Below are positions 63,622-64,000 of a stretch of 64,000 bases of DNA, one piece after another; within the stretch, counting starts at the first letter, position 1; each line of letters starts with the position of its first letter. The stretch comes from Rhodothermales bacterium. GTDB taxonomy: Bacteria; Bacteroidota; Rhodothermia; Rhodothermales; BA12. The translations under genes and the position numbers were made by a program. Under the pieces are notes generated by a model. The model saw nothing but the letters and a program-made list of their open reading frames with translations, was not told the DNA's origin and searched no databases. The stretch is from positions 588,455 through 652,454 of the forward strand of contig CAWJEJ010000004.1 in NCBI GenBank assembly GCA_963841855.1, read 5' to 3'.

Positions 63622-64000
63622 ATGCTACTCAGAGACCACGTCGTCCGTCATAGTCATCGTCTGTTCGTGGGGCGCGCCGAAGAGTGCGCTCTGTTTCGTG
63701 ATGCGCTCGAACGAGACGTGTGGCCCTGGCACCTACTCCACGTTCATGGGCCGGGCGGCATTGGCAAGACGGCGCTGCTCAACGAGTTTCGGTATTTCGC
63801 TCATGATGCGAAAGTCCCTGTTCTCGCGCTTGACGTGCGCGACATGGGAAGCACGCCCGAATCCTTTGCGCACGCTACCCACCCGGCACTGCACCGGGAC
63901 CAGCCCAGTGAGCGCTTCGTCCTGACGATCGACGGTGTGGAAATCGGCTCCGAGCTCAGCGACTGGCTGCGCCGCTCCCTCCTACCCTCCATCGACGACC
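63622..64000 (+). CDS. P-loop (AAA/STAND-type) ATPase, N-terminal fragment, probably a transcriptional regulator
   Basis: ATG at 63622. FVGRAEECALFRDAL...LLHVHGPGGIGKTALLNEF (Walker A). Open to the window end. Not in the ORF track. Confidence 0.6.
   Translation, partial: MLLRDHVVRHSHRLFVGRAEECALFRDALERDVWPWHLLHVHGPGGIGKTALLNEFRYFAHDAKVPVLALDVRDMGSTPESFAHATHPALHRDQPSERFVLTIDGVEIGSELSDWLRRSLLPSIDD

Overview
GC-rich (roughly 65% by eye) bacterial chromosomal segment with about 60 credible protein-coding genes. I recognised no rRNA, tRNA or CRISPR array. Three large secreted proteins end in a type-A T9SS C-terminal sorting domain, so the host is probably a Bacteroidota/Rhodothermota-like organism (inference). 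Most of the window is housekeeping: aroQ, folB, tgt, ispH, purB, moaC, floA, sppA, gpmI, nth, add, a deoxynucleoside kinase and gluconokinase. There is also an outer-membrane biogenesis and lipid-transport block (yihY, an Omp85/TamA-like gene, tamB, mlaEFD). Four things stand out. (1) At 34.85-37.8 kb, short same-strand ORFs, including a RelE/ParE toxin-antitoxin pair, are separated by three near-identical ~120 bp structured repeats with attC-like architecture. Partial and degenerate copies flank them and no integrase is in the window, so this looks like an integron-type cassette array without integrase (CALIN-like). (2) The 5.25 kb tamB homologue needs about 13 frame changes to be read through, while every other long gene is intact. 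(3) A higBA module sits immediately upstream of purB, bracketed by diverged direct repeats (~110/120 nt identical) of the purB 5' end, which looks like the scar of an integration event. (4) A DUF4331/T9SS protein with a TPR protein, a small membrane protein and a divergent P-loop regulator forms an uncharacterised locus. Many long ORFs in the supplied track are GC-driven shadow frames of real genes and were not annotated.
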